NCBI GenBank assembly: GCA_963762145.1
Contig: CAVXJS010000011.1
Location: 448,001-512,000 of the forward strand
Direction: 5' to 3'
Length of the DNA stretch: 64,000 bases
Origin: an uncultured Candidatus Rokubacteria bacterium
GTDB lineage: Bacteria > Methylomirabilota > Methylomirabilia > Rokubacteriales > CSP1-6
Below the pieces are notes generated by a model. The model was not told where the DNA came from. It did no database searches and saw only the letters and a program-made list of their open reading frames with translations. Of this stretch, positions 50,047 through 60,724 are shown one piece after another. The stretch's first letter is position 1; each line of letters begins with the position of its first letter. The translations under genes were made by a program, and so were the position numbers.

Positions 50047-50659
50047 GCCGCTGCGGGTGGCGGTGCTCGCCTCCGGGCGCGGTTCCAACTTCCGCGCGCT
50101 GGCCGAGGCCGCCGCGGACCGGCGCATCCCCGCCGCGGTGGTCGTGCTCGTGACGGACCGCCCGGGCGCGGGCGCGCTCGCGGTGGCGCGCGAGCTCGGG
50201 ATCGAGACGGTCGTGCTCGAGCCGCGGCAGCATCCCTCGCGCGAGGCGCACGAGAAGGCGGTGATCGCGGCGCTCGAGGAGCGGCGCGTCGGTCTCGTGT
50301 GCCTCGCCGGCTACATGCGGCTCGTGGGGCCGGGCTTCGTGGCCCACTGGGCCGGCCGGCTCCTCAACATCCACCCCTCGCTCCTCCCGGCGTTCCCGGG
50401 CCTGCACCCGCAGCGCCAGGCGCTCGAGCACGGGGCCCGGGTCTCCGGGGCCACCGTGCACTTCGTGGACGACGGCGTGGACACCGGCCCCATCGTGCTG
50501 CAGGCCGCGGTGCCGGTGATGGCGGACGACACCGAAGCCACCCTCGCGGAGCGGATCCTCGTCGAGGAGCACCGGCTGTACCCGGAGGCGGTCCGGCTCT
50601 TCGCGCTGGGACGGCTCGAGCTCCGCGGTCGCCGTGTGCAGATCAGGGAGACCCCATGA
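50039..50659 (+). CDS. purN: Phosphoribosylglycinamide formyltransferase
   Basis: [20 protein letters not shown] and GATVHFV. Confidence 0.96.
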   Translation: MSEPLRVAVLASGRGSNFRALAEAAADRRIPAAVVVLVTDRPGAGALAVARELGIETVVLEPRQHPSREAHEKAVIAALEERRVGLVCLAGYMRLVGPGFVAHWAGRLLNIHPSLLPAFPGLHPQRQALEHGARVSGATVHFVDDGVDTGPIVLQAAVPVMADDTEATLAERILVEEHRLYPEAVRLFALGRLELRGRRVQIRETP

Positions 50660-52268
50660 CTCGAGTGCGACGTGCCCTCCTGAGCGTGCACGACAAGACC
50701 GGCGTGGTGGAATTCGCCCGCGGCCTGGCCGCCCTCGGGGCCGAGATCCTGTCCACCGGCGGCACCGCGAAGCTCCTGCGCGAGTCCGGCGTGCCGGTGG
50801 TGGACGTGGCCGAGGTCACCGGGTTTCCCGAGATGCTCGACGGCCGCGTCAAGACGCTGCACCCCGGCGTGCACGGCGGCATCCTCGCCCGCCGCGAGCT
50901 GCCCGAGCACATGGCCGCGCTCGAGCGGCACGGCATCCGCCCCATCGACCTGGTCGTAGTGACCCTCTATCCCTTCGAGAAGACGGTGGCGCGGCCGGGT
51001 GTGTCGCTCGAGGAGGCGATCGAGAATATCGACATCGGCGGGCCCAGCATGATCCGGGGCGCGGCCAAGAACCACGCGCACGTCGCGGTGGTGACCGATC
51101 CCGGCCAGTACGGTCCCGTTCTGGAGGAGCTGCGGCGCGGCGACGGAGCGCTGTCCGACGCCACCCGGTTCCGGCTGGCCTTCGAGGCCTTCCGGCGCAC
51201 CGCCCAGTACGACGCGGCGATCGCGGCCTACCTGCGCGAGCCGGGCGCGACCGGCCGCCCCGCCACGGTGTCCGTGGCCGGCTTTCCCGAGCGGCTGTCC
51301 GTGGACGGCGCGCTCGCCCAGACTCTGCGCTACGGCGAGAACCCGCACCAGGCGGCCGCGTTCTACCGCCCGTCCGCGGGCGTATTGGTGTCCCGTCCGG
51401 AGACGCGCTCGGCCTGAGCGCGGCGACCCAGCTCCACGGCCCCGAGCTCTCGTACAACAACCTGCTCGACTGGTCGGCCGCGCTCGGCCTGCTGCTCGAG
51501 TTCGACGATCCGGCCGCGGTGGTGATCAAGCACACCAATCCCTGCGGGGTGGCGGTCGGGCAGAGCGTGGGCGAGGCGGCCCGCAAGGCCAAGGCCTGCG
51601 ATCCGGTCTCGATCTACGGCGGCATCGTGGGGGTGAACCGGACGGTGGACCTCGAGGTGGTGAAGGAGCTCTCCGGCATCCTGCTCGAGATCCTGTTCGC
51701 CCCCGCCTACGAGCCGGACGCGCTCGAGGAGATCCGCCGGACCAAGAAGAGGTGCCGGGTGTTCCAGCTCCCGTGCGCACGGGCCGACTATCCCACGCGC
51801 GTCCGGGAAGTCCGGAGCGTCTGGGGCGGGGTGCTCGCTCCAGGAAGCCGATCTCGCCGATCTCGATCCCGGCGACGCTCAAGGTCGTCTCGAAGCGCCC
51901 GCCCACCGAGGCGGAGCTGCCGCGGCCTGCGCTTCGGCTGGCGCGTGGCCAAGCACGCCAAGTCCAACGCGATCGTGCTCGCGACCGCCGATCAGGTGGT
52001 CGGGGTGGGCGCCGGGCAGATGAACCGGGTGGACTCGGCGCGCATCGCGGTCATGCGCGCGCGCGAGCTCGGGCTCGAGACCAAGGGCTCGGTCTGCGCC
52101 TCCGACGCGTTCTTCCCGTTCCGCGACGGGCTCGACGTGGTCGCCAAGGCGGGCGCCACCGCGGTGATCCATCCCGGCGGCTCGGTGCGCGACGAGGAGG
52201 TCGTGGCGGCCGCCGACGAGCACGGCATGGCCATGGTGGTGTGCGGGATTCGCCATTTCAAGCACTAG
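50656..52268 (+). CDS. purH: Bifunctional AICAR transformylase/IMP cyclohydrolase (frameshifted)
   Basis: [37 protein letters not shown] and GIRHFKH. Confidence 0.95.
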
Positions 52269-52284
52269 TCCTCCGCTCGAACGG

Positions 52285-53183
52285 GTGTTCACGCTGCGCG
52301 AGCTGATGCGGCTCCTGCGCCTGTCGCCCAAGCGCCGCTCGCAGCTCCGGCGCCTGGGCCTGCTGCGCGACGATCCGGGCGGCCTGCGCTTCCGCGAGCT
52401 GGTCTCGGTGCGCGCGGCCGCGAACCTGCTGGAGAGCGGAGCGAGCGTGCGCCAGGTGCGCGCCGCGCTCGACGGAGCGCGCCGGCTCGCCCCCGACGTG
52501 CGGACGCCCGCTGGCCGAGCTGCGCCTGGTGGTGCGCGATCGCCAGGTGGTGGTCGAGCAGGACCGGCTGCGGCTCGATCCGGGCACCGGCCAGGCCCTG
52601 CTCGCGTTCGAGCCCGTGGGCGAGCTCGAGCGCGAGACCCGCGAGACCCTGCTGACCGGGATGGTGCGTCCGCTCATCCCGCCCGCCGACGCGGCCGAGG
52701 TGTGGTTCCAGCGCGCGTCGGAGTGGGACGGCGATCCGGAGCGCTGGGAGTCCGCGGTGGACGCCTACGAGCGCGTGCTCGACATGGATCCGGGTTACGC
52801 GGCGGCCTGGAACAACCTCGGCCTCCTCCACCACCGGATGGGGCAGTACGAGCGGGCCGGGGAGTGCTACCGGGCCGCGCTCGAGGCCGACGAGAGCTGC
52901 TGCCAGGCCTCGTTCAACCTGGGCTCGCTCAACGAGGATCTGGGCGATTTCCCGGTGGCGGTGACGTGGTACCGGCGCGCGCTCGAGATGGACGCCGACT
53001 ACGCGGACGCCCACTTCAATCTCGCGGGCGTGCTCGCCAAGACGGGGCGGGCCGAGAGCGCGGCGGTGCACTGGCGCCGCTACCTCGAGCTCGACCTGGG
53101 CAGCCCGTGGGCCAAGATCGCGCGCGCGCACCTGGAGGAGGGCGCCGAGCCCTCCGGCGCCGACCCGGAGGGCCGACGAGTGA
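52285..53183 (+). CDS. MerR-like HTH plus tetratricopeptide-repeat protein (frameshift near 52505)
   Basis: N-terminal [12 protein letters not shown]...[10 protein letters not shown], then TPR repeats AWNNLG, ASFNLG and AHFNLA. Confidence 0.75.
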
Positions 53184-54466
53184 CCGACGTGCTCCTGGTG
53201 GGCGGCGGCGGCCGCGAGCACGCGCTGGCCTGGAAGCTCGCGCAGAGCCCGCGCCTGGGCCGCGATGATCGCCGCGCCCGGCAATCCCGGCATCGCGCGC
53301 GCACGCCCGGTGCGTTCCCGTGAAGGACACCGCGGTCGACGAGCTGGTGGACCTCGCGCGCCGGGAGCGCCCCGACCTGGTGGTGGTGGGACCCGAGGTG
53401 CCGCTGGCGATGGGGCTCGCCGACCGGCTGCGCGAGGCCGGCTTCGCGGTGTTCGGCCCGAGCGCGGCCGCCGCCCGCCTCGAGAGCTCCAAGGCCTTCG
53501 CCAAGGACCTGATGGCGCGCCACGGCGTTCCCACCGCGCGCTTCCGCACCTTCCAGGACGCGGCGGCGGCCGGGCGCTACTGCCGCGAGCTCGGCGCGCC
53601 CTTGGTCGTGAAGGCGGACGGGCTCGCGGCGGGCAAGGGGGTCATCGTGTGCCGGTCGCTGGACGAGGCGGATCGGGCGCTCGCGCTGTGCTTCGAGGAG
53701 CGCGCCTTCGGCGTCTCGGGCCTCACGGTGGTGGTGGAGGAGTTCCTCGAGGGCGAGGAGGCGTCGTTCTTCGCGATCGCGGACGGCGCCGCGGTCCTGC
53801 CGCTCGTGGCGGCGCAGGATCACAAGACGGTCTGGGACGACGACCAGGGGCCCAACACCGGCGGCATGGGCGCGTACTCGCCGGCGCCGGTCATGAGCGC
53901 CGCCATGCAGGACCGCGTCATGGCCGAGATCGTGCGGCCGGTGATCGCGGCGATGGGGAAGGAGGGCGCGCCGTACACCGGGCGTGCTCTTCGTCGGGCC
54001 TGATGATCACGCGTGAAGGGCCGAAGGTCGATCGAGTTCAACTGCCGCTTCGGCGACCCGGAGTGCCAGGCGATCATGCCGCGCCTCGAGGGCGACCTGC
54101 TCGCGCTGCTCGAGGCCGCCGCCACCGGGCAGGGGCTGCCCGCCGCGCTCGCGTGGAGCCCGGCGACCTCCGTCTGCGTGGTGATGGCCTCCGCCGGCTA
54201 TCCCGGCCGCGTACGAGACCGGTCTCCCGATCACGGGAGTCGCCGCGGTCGCCGCGCGGCCCGGCATCAACGTCTTCCACGCGGGTACTGCGATGGCGAG
54301 CGATGTCCTCGTCACCGCGGGAGGTCGCGTGCTGGGCGTGCAGGCCCTGGGCGGAGACCTGGCCTCCGCGATCCGGGCGGCCTACGACGGCGTCGAGCGC
54401 ATCCGCTTCGACGGCGCCCACTACCGGCGAGATATTGGTCATCACGCGCTCGGACGCGTCGGGTGA
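53180..54466 (+). CDS. purD: Phosphoribosylamine--glycine ligase (frameshifted)
   Basis: [36 protein letters not shown] and [10 protein letters not shown]. Confidence 0.95.
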
Positions 54467-55104
54467 GCGCGCTGGCGATCTCGACGCGTATCGTGGCGGT
54501 GGATCCGGTCAAGCCCGATGAATCCGTGATGCGCGCCGCGGGCGCGCGGATCCAGGCGGGCGGGCTCGTGGCCTTCCCCACCGAGAGCTTCTACGGCCTG
54601 GGCGCCGACGCGCTCGATCCCGCCGCGGTGGCCCGCGTCTTCGAGGTCAAGGGCCGCCCGGACGACAAGCCCCTGCTCGTGCTGGTAGACTCGATCGACA
54701 TGGCGGCGGAGCTGGCCGCCGCGATCCCCGATGGCGTCCGCGCGCTGATGGCGCGCCACTGGCCGGGCGCGCTCACGCTGGTGCTCCGGGCCTCCGCGCA
54801 CGTGCCCGCGGGCCTCACCGGCGGCACCGGCACCGTCGGGGTGCGGCTGCCCGGGCACGCGGTGGCCCGCGCCCTCGTCGCCGCGGTCGCGCGGCCGGTG
54901 ACCGCGCCCAGCGCGAACCCGAACGCGGCGCCGCCGCCGCGGACGGCGGGGGACGTCCGCGGGTACTTCGGCGGACGCGTGGAGCTGATCCTGGACGGCG
55001 GGGCCACGGCCGGCGGCGCGGCCTCGACCGTCGCGGACTGCACGGTCTGGCCGCCGCGCATCCTGCGCCAGGGCCCGGTGATCGTCGAGGCGGCATGCGG
55101 ATAA
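54463..55104 (+). CDS. tsaC: L-threonylcarbamoyladenylate synthase (TsaC/YrdC type)
   Basis: AFPTESFYGLGADA, KGRPDDKPL, WPGALT, APSAN and ASTVAD. Confidence 0.9.
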   Translation: MSALAISTRIVAVDPVKPDESVMRAAGARIQAGGLVAFPTESFYGLGADALDPAAVARVFEVKGRPDDKPLLVLVDSIDMAAELAAAIPDGVRALMARHWPGALTLVLRASAHVPAGLTGGTGTVGVRLPGHAVARALVAAVARPVTAPSANPNAAPPPRTAGDVRGYFGGRVELILDGGATAGGAASTVADCTVWPPRILRQGPVIVEAACG

Positions 55105-55706
55105 CCGGAGTGATTCAGGCGGGCGGGCGGAGCACCCGCATGGGCGGCCGGCCGAAGGCCCTGCTGGAGCTGGGCGGCCGGCGCATCATCGACCGCGTCG
55201 CGCACGTCATGCGGCAGGTCGCCGACGATCTGCTCATCGTGACCAACACCCCCGAGCTCTACGCCGGGCTCGGCCTGCCGATGGTGCCGGACGCCTTCCC
55301 CGATCACGGCTCGCTGGGCGGCATCTACTCGGGCCTGCAGGCCGCCTCCGGCGATGCCGCCTTCACGGTGGCGTGCGACATGCCGTTCCTGATGCCGGAG
55401 GTGGCGCGCCTCGTCACGGAGCGGGCGGGTCTGGCCGACGTGGTCGCCCCGCGGGTCGGCGATCAGTGGGAGACGCTCCACGCCTGCTACGGGAAGGCCT
55501 GCCTGGCCCCGATCGAGACGCGGCTCCGCGCGGGGCGGCTCAAGATCATCGGCTTCTACGACGACGTGCGCGTGCTCGCGATCTCCGCGGGCGAGGTCGC
55601 CCGCTTCCGGGCCCCCGAGGTCGTGTTCATGAACGTCAACACCCCGGAAGAGCTCGAGGCCGCCCGCGTGCTCCTCCCCGCGCTCGAGCCGGCGGGAGGC
55701 CGCTAG
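55095..55706 (+). CDS. mobA: Molybdenum cofactor guanylyltransferase
   Basis: AGGRSTRMG, GSLGGIYSGL, ACDMPFL and NVNTPEEL. Confidence 0.9.
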   Translation: MRITGVIQAGGRSTRMGGRPKALLELGGRRIIDRVAHVMRQVADDLLIVTNTPELYAGLGLPMVPDAFPDHGSLGGIYSGLQAASGDAAFTVACDMPFLMPEVARLVTERAGLADVVAPRVGDQWETLHACYGKACLAPIETRLRAGRLKIIGFYDDVRVLAISAGEVARFRAPEVVFMNVNTPEELEAARVLLPALEPAGGR

Positions 55707-55716
55707 GAGCCGGGCC

Positions 55717-56541
55717 ATGGACGCGCGCGTCGAGGGACTCGGGCTCGGCTCGATCCAGGAGATCAACGCGCTGCCGCGCGAGGTCGCGGAGGCGCTCTAC
55801 ACGCGCCTGGTGCCGGAGGAGCTGCTCGACCGGTTCGCCATCGACCCGCACACCCTCTGCGACAAGGCGGGCGCGCGTCTGGTGCGGGTGACCGCCCCCG
55901 CGGACCAGCCGTGGGCCCGCGTGGAGGTGCGCTCGAGCCCGGAGGACCGCGATCCCGCGCTGCTGGTGGACGTGGAGATGTCCCCGCTCTCGGTGCCGGA
56001 GCTGGCCTTCGTGCAGATCACCGATCCCGCCGGCATCCGCTACGCGATCGACCGCGATCCGGACGGCCGCGACACGCTCTTCGGCACCACCTGTCGCAAC
56101 GTCGAGGAAGAGCGCCGCGCGATGCGGAGCGGTCTCGCGCCCGGGCAGGTCCGGCGCGGCCTGCGCCTGCTCTCCCGCGTGCTCGACGCCATGGAGGGCT
56201 TCTGCGCCCTCATCGGCAAGGAGATCTACCTCATCGAGCCCCTCTTCTATCACTCCGCGATCCTCTACGAGCGCCGCGGCTGCGGCTACCTGATGGGCCG
56301 CGACGTGATGGAGTCGATCCACGCCGGCTTCTCCGACGGCGGCCCGCTGCTGCGGGCCCTCGACGCATCCACCGAGTTCCGCGGTCCGGAGGCGGCCCGG
56401 ACGGTGCGCGGCCGGAGCTGGGCCATCCACGACGGGGTCGGTGACGGGCTCTGGGCCGGCGGGGCGGTGGGCGGGGTGAAGATGTACAAGGTCGCGGGTC
56501 GCCAGGCCGGGATCAACACCTTCCCGGGCGCGATCTACTGA
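55717..56541 (+). CDS. Conserved hypothetical protein with GNAT-like motifs
   Basis: Clean 274-aa ORF with AGGAG RBS. GLAPGQVRRGLR and EPLFYHSAILYERRG resemble GNAT motifs A and B. Confidence 0.7.
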   Translation: MDARVEGLGLGSIQEINALPREVAEALYTRLVPEELLDRFAIDPHTLCDKAGARLVRVTAPADQPWARVEVRSSPEDRDPALLVDVEMSPLSVPELAFVQITDPAGIRYAIDRDPDGRDTLFGTTCRNVEEERRAMRSGLAPGQVRRGLRLLSRVLDAMEGFCALIGKEIYLIEPLFYHSAILYERRGCGYLMGRDVMESIHAGFSDGGPLLRALDASTEFRGPEAARTVRGRSWAIHDGVGDGLWAGGAVGGVKMYKVAGRQAGINTFPGAIY

Positions 56542-56556
56542 GGCCGACCCCCGGGA

Positions 56557-56562
56557 TATACT
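56557..56562 (+). promoter_or_regulatory. -10 element of a probable leaderless transcript
   Basis: TATACT ends 6 nt before GTG 56569. No Shine-Dalgarno sequence. Confidence 0.6.
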
Positions 56563-56568
56563 GTTGCG

Positions 56569-56697
56569 GTGAAGCGCCCGAAGCCCATTCACCGCAAGAT
56601 CCGCAAGCCGATGCCCGCGAAGCCCCCGAAGGTGGAAATTCCCAAGACGGTGTACCGGCGTCGGCCCAAGCACCGGCGCACCGCGGGGAGCGAGTGA
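56569..56697 (+). CDS. Small basic protein (42 aa) with an ArfA-like YxRxxKH motif; not in the ORF track
   Basis: MKRPKPIHRKIRKPMPAKPPKVEIPKTVYRRRPKHRRTAGSE. All Lys codons are AAG, third positions are GC-rich, and the stop overlaps the thiI ATG (TGATG). Confidence 0.7.
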   Translation: MKRPKPIHRKIRKPMPAKPPKVEIPKTVYRRRPKHRRTAGSE

Positions 56698-57938
56698 TGA
56701 CGGAGGCCGCGCCGGCCGCCATCGTCCACTACCACGAGATCAGCCTCAAGCGGGGCAACCGGCCGCTCTTCCTCCGCCAGCTCCACCAGAACCTGCTGCG
56801 CGCGATCGGCGACCTCGGACCGGTGGAGCTGGTCCAGCTGTCCGGCCGCGTGATGCTCGATCTCTCGCGGCACCCCGCGCCGCGGCTCCTGCCCGAGCGG
56901 CTGGCGCGGGTCGCGGGCGTGGCGAACTTCGCCCTCGCGATCCGGACCGGGGTATCGCGCGAGGCGCTGCGGGCCGCGGTGGAGGAGGCGATCGCGGGCC
57001 GCGTCTTCGGCTCCTTCCGGATCACCGCCCGCCGCGCGTTCAAGACCTTCCCGATGACATCGGTGGAGCTCAACCGCGACCTGGGTGCCCACGTGCTCGC
57101 GCTGCGGCCCGAGGTCCGGGTGAGCCTCGAGCATCCGGACCTGAACGTGCGCGTCGAGGTGCTGCCGGACGAGGCCTTCGTTTACTGCGACCCGCAGCCC
57201 GGCGCGGGCGGGCTGCCGGTGGGCACGGGCGGGACGGTGGCGGCCCTGCTCTCGGGCGGCATCGACTCGCCGGTGGCCGCGTGGCGCCTCATGCGGCGCG
57301 GCTGCCGCGTGGTCTTCGTGCACTTCCACAGCGCGCCGTACCTGCCGGATCTCTCGCGCGGCAAGGCCCGCGAGCTCGTGACGCGGCTGACCCAGTGGCA
57401 GTACCACTCGCGGCTGTTCATCGTGCCCTTCGGCGAGATCCAGCGCGAAGTCGTGCTGTCGGTGCCGCCGCCGTTCCGCGTCGTGGTGTACCGCCGGCTG
57501 ATGGTGCGCATCGCGGAGCGGCTGGCCCGTCACGCGGGCGCGCTCGCGCTCGTCACCGGGGAGAGCCTGGGGCAGGTGGCGTCGCAGACGCTGCACAACC
57601 TCATCCGCATCGACGAGGTGGCCGCGATGCCGATCCTGCGGCCCCTCATCGGCATGGACAAGCTCGAGATCACCGGGCAGGCCCAGGCGCTCGGCACCTA
57701 CGAGATCTCCATCGAGCCGGACGCCGACTGCTGCACCCTCTTCACGCCGCGCCATCCCGCCACCCGGATGGAAGCGGACGCGGTCGCGGCGCTGGAAGCG
57801 CGCCTGGACCTGGAGCGGCTCGTGACCCAGGGCGTGGAGGCCGCCGAGCAGGAGCTCTTCGAGTTCCCCGCCGGGGCCGGCCCGTACCCGCCGCGCGGTG
57901 CGGCCCGCCGGCCCTTGACGGAGCCCGTCTCCGAGTGA
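56697..57938 (+). CDS. thiI: tRNA 4-thiouridine(8) synthase (no rhodanese domain)
   Basis: EISLKRGNR, THUMP domain, PP-loop LSGGIDSPVA, GESLGQVASQT and DCCTLF. Confidence 0.93.
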   Translation: MTEAAPAAIVHYHEISLKRGNRPLFLRQLHQNLLRAIGDLGPVELVQLSGRVMLDLSRHPAPRLLPERLARVAGVANFALAIRTGVSREALRAAVEEAIAGRVFGSFRITARRAFKTFPMTSVELNRDLGAHVLALRPEVRVSLEHPDLNVRVEVLPDEAFVYCDPQPGAGGLPVGTGGTVAALLSGGIDSPVAAWRLMRRGCRVVFVHFHSAPYLPDLSRGKARELVTRLTQWQYHSRLFIVPFGEIQREVVLSVPPPFRVVVYRRLMVRIAERLARHAGALALVTGESLGQVASQTLHNLIRIDEVAAMPILRPLIGMDKLEITGQAQALGTYEISIEPDADCCTLFTPRHPATRMEADAVAALEARLDLERLVTQGVEAAEQELFEFPAGAGPYPPRGAARRPLTEPVSE

Positions 57939-57956
57939 TCCCCGCGTGATCTCGAC

Positions 57957-59344
57957 GTGAACCAGACGCTGACCTTTCTCGGAGGCGCGGGAGGCACGGT
58001 CACCGGGTCCAAGCACCTGCTCGAGAACGGAGCCGGCCGCGTCCTGCTCGACTGCGGCCTCTTCCAGGGCCTGAAGGCGCTGCGCCAGCGCAACTGGGCG
58101 GCGCCGCCGGTGGACCCGGGCACGCTCGGCGCGGTGATCCTGAGCCACGCCCACATCGATCACTCGGGCTACCTGCCGCGGCTCTGCCGCGACGGCTTCA
58201 CGGGGCCGGTCTACTGCACGCCGGGCACGTCCGATCTGCTTGAAGGTCATGCTGCCCGACGCGGCGCACCTCCAGGAGGAGGAAGCGGAGTTCGCCAACC
58301 GCCATCGCACCAGCAAGCACGACCCCGCGCTGCCGCTGTACACGATCGCGGACGCCGAGCGCGCGCTCGCCCAGGTGAAGCGGCGTGGACTTCGGCCGCC
58401 GGTTCACCGCCACGCGCGGAGTCGAGGCGCGCTTCACCCCGTCCGGGCACATCCTGGGCGCGGGTCTCGTCGACGTGCGAGACCGGCGGCCGCCGGCTCG
58501 TCTTCTCCGGCGATCTCGGCCGCTACGACGTGCCGATCATGGTGGATCCCGAGCCGGTCGCCGAGGCCGACGTGCTGCTGGTGGAGTCCACCTACGGCAA
58601 CCGCGTGCATCCGCCCGACGATCCGGGCGACCGGCTCGACCGCGGCGGTGCGCCGCGCCGCCGACCAGAAGGGCTGGCTGCTGATCCCGGCGTTCGCGGT
58701 CGGGCGCTCCCAGGAGATCCTCTACGACCTGCGCCGGCTCGAGGCGGGCGGCCGGATCCCGAGCCTGCCCGATCTACCTGGACAGCCCGATGGCGATCCA
58801 GGCGACGGTGATCTACGCGGCGCATCCCGAGGAGCACGATGCGGCGCTGCGGCAGGCCGGCAGCGGCGGCGCGCGGCCCTTCGCCCCGCGCCGCTTCCAT
58901 CTCTCGCAGACGGTGGACGAGTCGAAGCGCCTCAACGAGACCGCGGGCCCCGGCATCATCGTGGCGGGCAGCGGCATGGCGACCGGCGGCCGCATCCTCC
59001 ACCACCTCAAGCGTCTGCTGCCGGATCCGAAGACCACGGTGCTCTTCGTCGGCTACCAGGCGGCGGGCACGCGGGGCCGGCTGCTCAGGGACGGCGCGGC
59101 CGAGATCCGGATGCTCGGCACGGTGGTCCCGGTCCGCGCCGCGATCATGGTGAGCGACGCCTACTCCGCCCACGCCGATCGCGAGGAGATCCTGCGCTGG
59201 CTCGGCGGGTTCGAGCGCCCCCCCGGCATGACCTATGTCGTGCACGGCGAGGCGGGCGCGGCGGAGGCGCTGCGGGACGCGATCGTGCGCCGTCTCGGCT
59301 GGAACACGGCCGTCGCCCGGGATGGCCAGCGCGTGGCGCTCTGA
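57957..59344 (+). CDS. Metallo-beta-lactamase / beta-CASP ribonuclease (frameshifted)
   Basis: [36 protein letters not shown] and VHGE. Confidence 0.9.
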
Positions 59345-60724
59345 GCGAGCACCGGCCGTCCTGGGCGTACCGCGCGGTCCGGGCGCTGGCCCGGCTCCTG
59401 GCCGCCATCTTCTATCACCGGGTGGACGTGATCGGCGCCGAGCGCATCCCGCGCTCGGGTCCGCTCATCGTGGCCGCCAACCACCACAACGCCCTCGTGG
59501 ACGGCGTGCTGCTGCTGGCCATGGTGCCCCGTCGCCTGGTGTCGGTGGCCAAGGCGCCGCTCTTCTCCAATCCGCTGATCGGGCCGTTCCTCCGGCTGAT
59601 CGGCGCGCTGCCGGTTCATCGCCGGCAGGACGGCGGCAGGCGACCCGGGGCGGAACGACCGGCTCTTCGCGGCCTCCACCGCCACGCTCGGTCGCGGCGA
59701 CGCGATCCTGATCTTTCCCGAGGGCGTGAGCCAGCCCGAGCCGACACTGATGCCGCTGCGCACCGGCGCGGCCCGCATGCTGCTGGCTGCCGAGGCGGAT
59801 GCGGTCGGGCCGGTGACGCTCCTGCCGGTGGGGCTCATGTTCCACGAGCCGGGCACGTTCCGCGCGGGCTGGGCCCTGATCGCGGTGGGCGAGCCGGTGG
59901 AGACCGCGGACCTCGTGGCGCTCGCGCGGACCGAGCCCGAGGAAGCGGCGCGCCGGCTCACCGCCCGCCTCGGCGAGGCGCTGCGCGGTCTCCTCGCGGA
60001 GGTGGACGATCGCGAGACGCTCCGCCTGGTCGAGCACGCGGAGCGGCTCTGGCGCCAGGAGCGGGGCGGGGGCGCGCCGCGCGACGCGGCCGCGAGCGCC
60101 GACTGGCGCCGCCGCGCCACGCGCGCCTATCGCTATCTCATCCAGCGCGACCCGGCCGGGCTCGAGATCCTCCGGGGGCTGGTGGAGCGCTACGTCAAGG
60201 ACGTGGAGGCCGCCTCGCTCGGCACCGCGGTCGGATTGAGGGCGCCCGGCGCGCGGGTGGTGCTGCCCTATGCGATGCGCCAGTTCGCGATCCTGCTGGG
60301 CGGCCTGCCGCTCGCGCTCTGGGGCCTGGCCACCCACGCGGTGCCGTACTGGCTCACGTGGGCGGCCGCGAAGCTGGTCCGGCCCGAGCCGGACGTGGAG
60401 GCCACCTACAAGCTCGCGGCGGGCGTCGTCATCTTTCCGCTCGCGTGGATCGTGGAAGGGTGGCTGCTCTGGCGCTGGGTCGGGGGCTGGCTGCTCGTGC
60501 TCTTCGCGGTCCTGGTCATCCCTGGCGGCTTCTTCGCGCTCGCGTGGGGCGAGCGGCTGCGCCGCCTCTATCGCGAGGGCCGCGCGCTGCTCCGCCTCCT
60601 GGTGGACGGGGATCTCGGGCGCCACCTGGGCGAGCGCCGGCGGGCCATCCTGGACGAGATGGACCGGGCGGTGGCGCGCGTGCCCGAGTCGGTGCTGGCC
60701 GGCCGCGAGGAGCCGCGCGGATGA
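59341..60724 (+). CDS. PlsC-like acyltransferase with membrane C-terminus (frameshift near 59640; start possibly CTG)
   Basis: NHHNALVD (HxxxxD), AKAPLF, IFPEG and C-terminal TM helices. Confidence 0.85.
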
